Source of the DNA: Candidatus Hydrogenedentota bacterium
GTDB taxonomy: Bacteria; Hydrogenedentota; Hydrogenedentia; Hydrogenedentales; SLHB01
Length of the DNA stretch: 15,590 bases
Direction: 5' to 3'
Assembly: GCA_034408725.1 (NCBI GenBank)
Contig: JAWXCN010000115.1
Span: forward strand, 1 to 15,590
The notes under the pieces are model-generated. The model saw only the letters and a list, made by a program, of their open reading frames with translations. It ran no database searches and was not told where the DNA came from. Within the stretch, counting starts at the first letter, position 1. The number at the start of each line of letters is the position of its first letter. Of this stretch, positions 14,811 to 15,590 are shown piece by piece. The position numbers and the translations under genes are program-made.

Positions 14811-15566
14811 CTACGACTTCAGCGCGGCGCCGAGGTAGTCGCGGTTCATCTTGGCGATGTTTTTGACCGAGATGCCTTTTGGGCAGGCGGCTTCGCATTC
14901 GTAGTGGTTCGAGCAATTGCCGAAGCCTTCGGCGTCCATTTGCGTGACCATGCCGAGCACGCGGCGTTCCTTTTCGGGTTTGCCCTGCGGCAATACGTTC
15001 AGATGCGAGACTTTCGCGGACACGAACAGCATGGCGGACGCGTTCGGGCATGCCGCGACGCATGCGCCGCAGCCGATGCACTGCGCGGCGTCCATCGCCC
15101 AGTCCGCTTTGTCCTTCGGCACGGGTACGCTGTGCGCTTCGGGTGCTTGGCCCGTGCGCACGGAAACGAATCCGCCCGCGGTGATGATGCGGTCAAACGC
15201 GGTCCGGTCGCACACCAGGTCCCGAATTACCGGAAATCCCTTCGCGCGCCACGGTTCGATTGTGATGGTGTCGCCGTTCTTGAACTTGCGCATGTGAAGT
15301 TGGCACAGCGTCGTTTCGCGCTCGGGTCCGTGCGCCTGCCCGTTCACCATCGCGCCACACGCCCCGCAAATGCCCTCCCTGCAATCATGATCGAATGCGA
15401 TGGGTTCGATCCCCCGTTTCTCCAGTCCCTCGTTCACGATGTCGAGCATCTCGAGAAACGACGCGTCAGTGTCGATACCCTTCGCCTCGTAGGTTTCGAG
15501 ACGGCCGGGGGTATCGGCGTTTTTCTGGCGCCAGACTTTGAGGGTGAAATCTATTTTTTTGGACAT
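14811..15566 (-). CDS. sdhB: Succinate dehydrogenase/fumarate reductase iron-sulfur subunit
   Basis: [13 protein letters not shown] and TTLCQL (2Fe-2S), [12 protein letters not shown] and [17 protein letters not shown] cluster motifs. Confidence 0.95.
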   Translation of the reverse strand: MSKKIDFTLKVWRQKNADTPGRLETYEAKGIDTDASFLEMLDIVNEGLEKRGIEPIAFDHDCREGICGACGAMVNGQAHGPERETTLCQLHMRKFKNGDTITIEPWRAKGFPVIRDLVCDRTAFDRIITAGGFVSVRTGQAPEAHSVPVPKDKADWAMDAAQCIGCGACVAACPNASAMLFVSAKVSHLNVLPQGKPEKERRVLGMVTQMDAEGFGNCSNHYECEAACPKGISVKNIAKMNRDYLGAALKS

Positions 15567-15590
15567 TCGACAGACCTACCATTTCGAGGG

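Overview
GC-rich bacterial chromosomal window of mostly metabolic and envelope genes, with no CRISPR array, integrase or transposase. It opens with the 3' end of a probable pectin acetylesterase-family hydrolase (+) and a ~180-nt self-complementary intergenic element. Next is a tightly coupled minus-strand run of seven genes: PrsW-family protease with a C-terminal extension, orphan ABC ATPase, AraM/EgsA-type glycerol-1-phosphate dehydrogenase, an AT-richer PIN plus small-protein pair, SAM methyltransferase and myo-inositol oxygenase. A divergent stand-alone molybdopterin oxidoreductase (+) follows, then a minus-strand trio (TPP alpha-keto acid decarboxylase, transglutaminase-like/TPR protein, small membrane protein), exbB-exbD-exbD (+) with no adjacent tonB, tRNA-Ser(CGA), a TPR membrane protein and sdhB (-). 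All calls come from reading motifs by eye, no searches were run, and several start codons were moved downstream of the ORF-track starts. I cannot demonstrate a new system. The best leads are the PrsW/orphan-ABC/G1PDH/methyltransferase/MIOX cluster, the structured intergenic element and the transglutaminase-TPR protein with an apparently intact triad.
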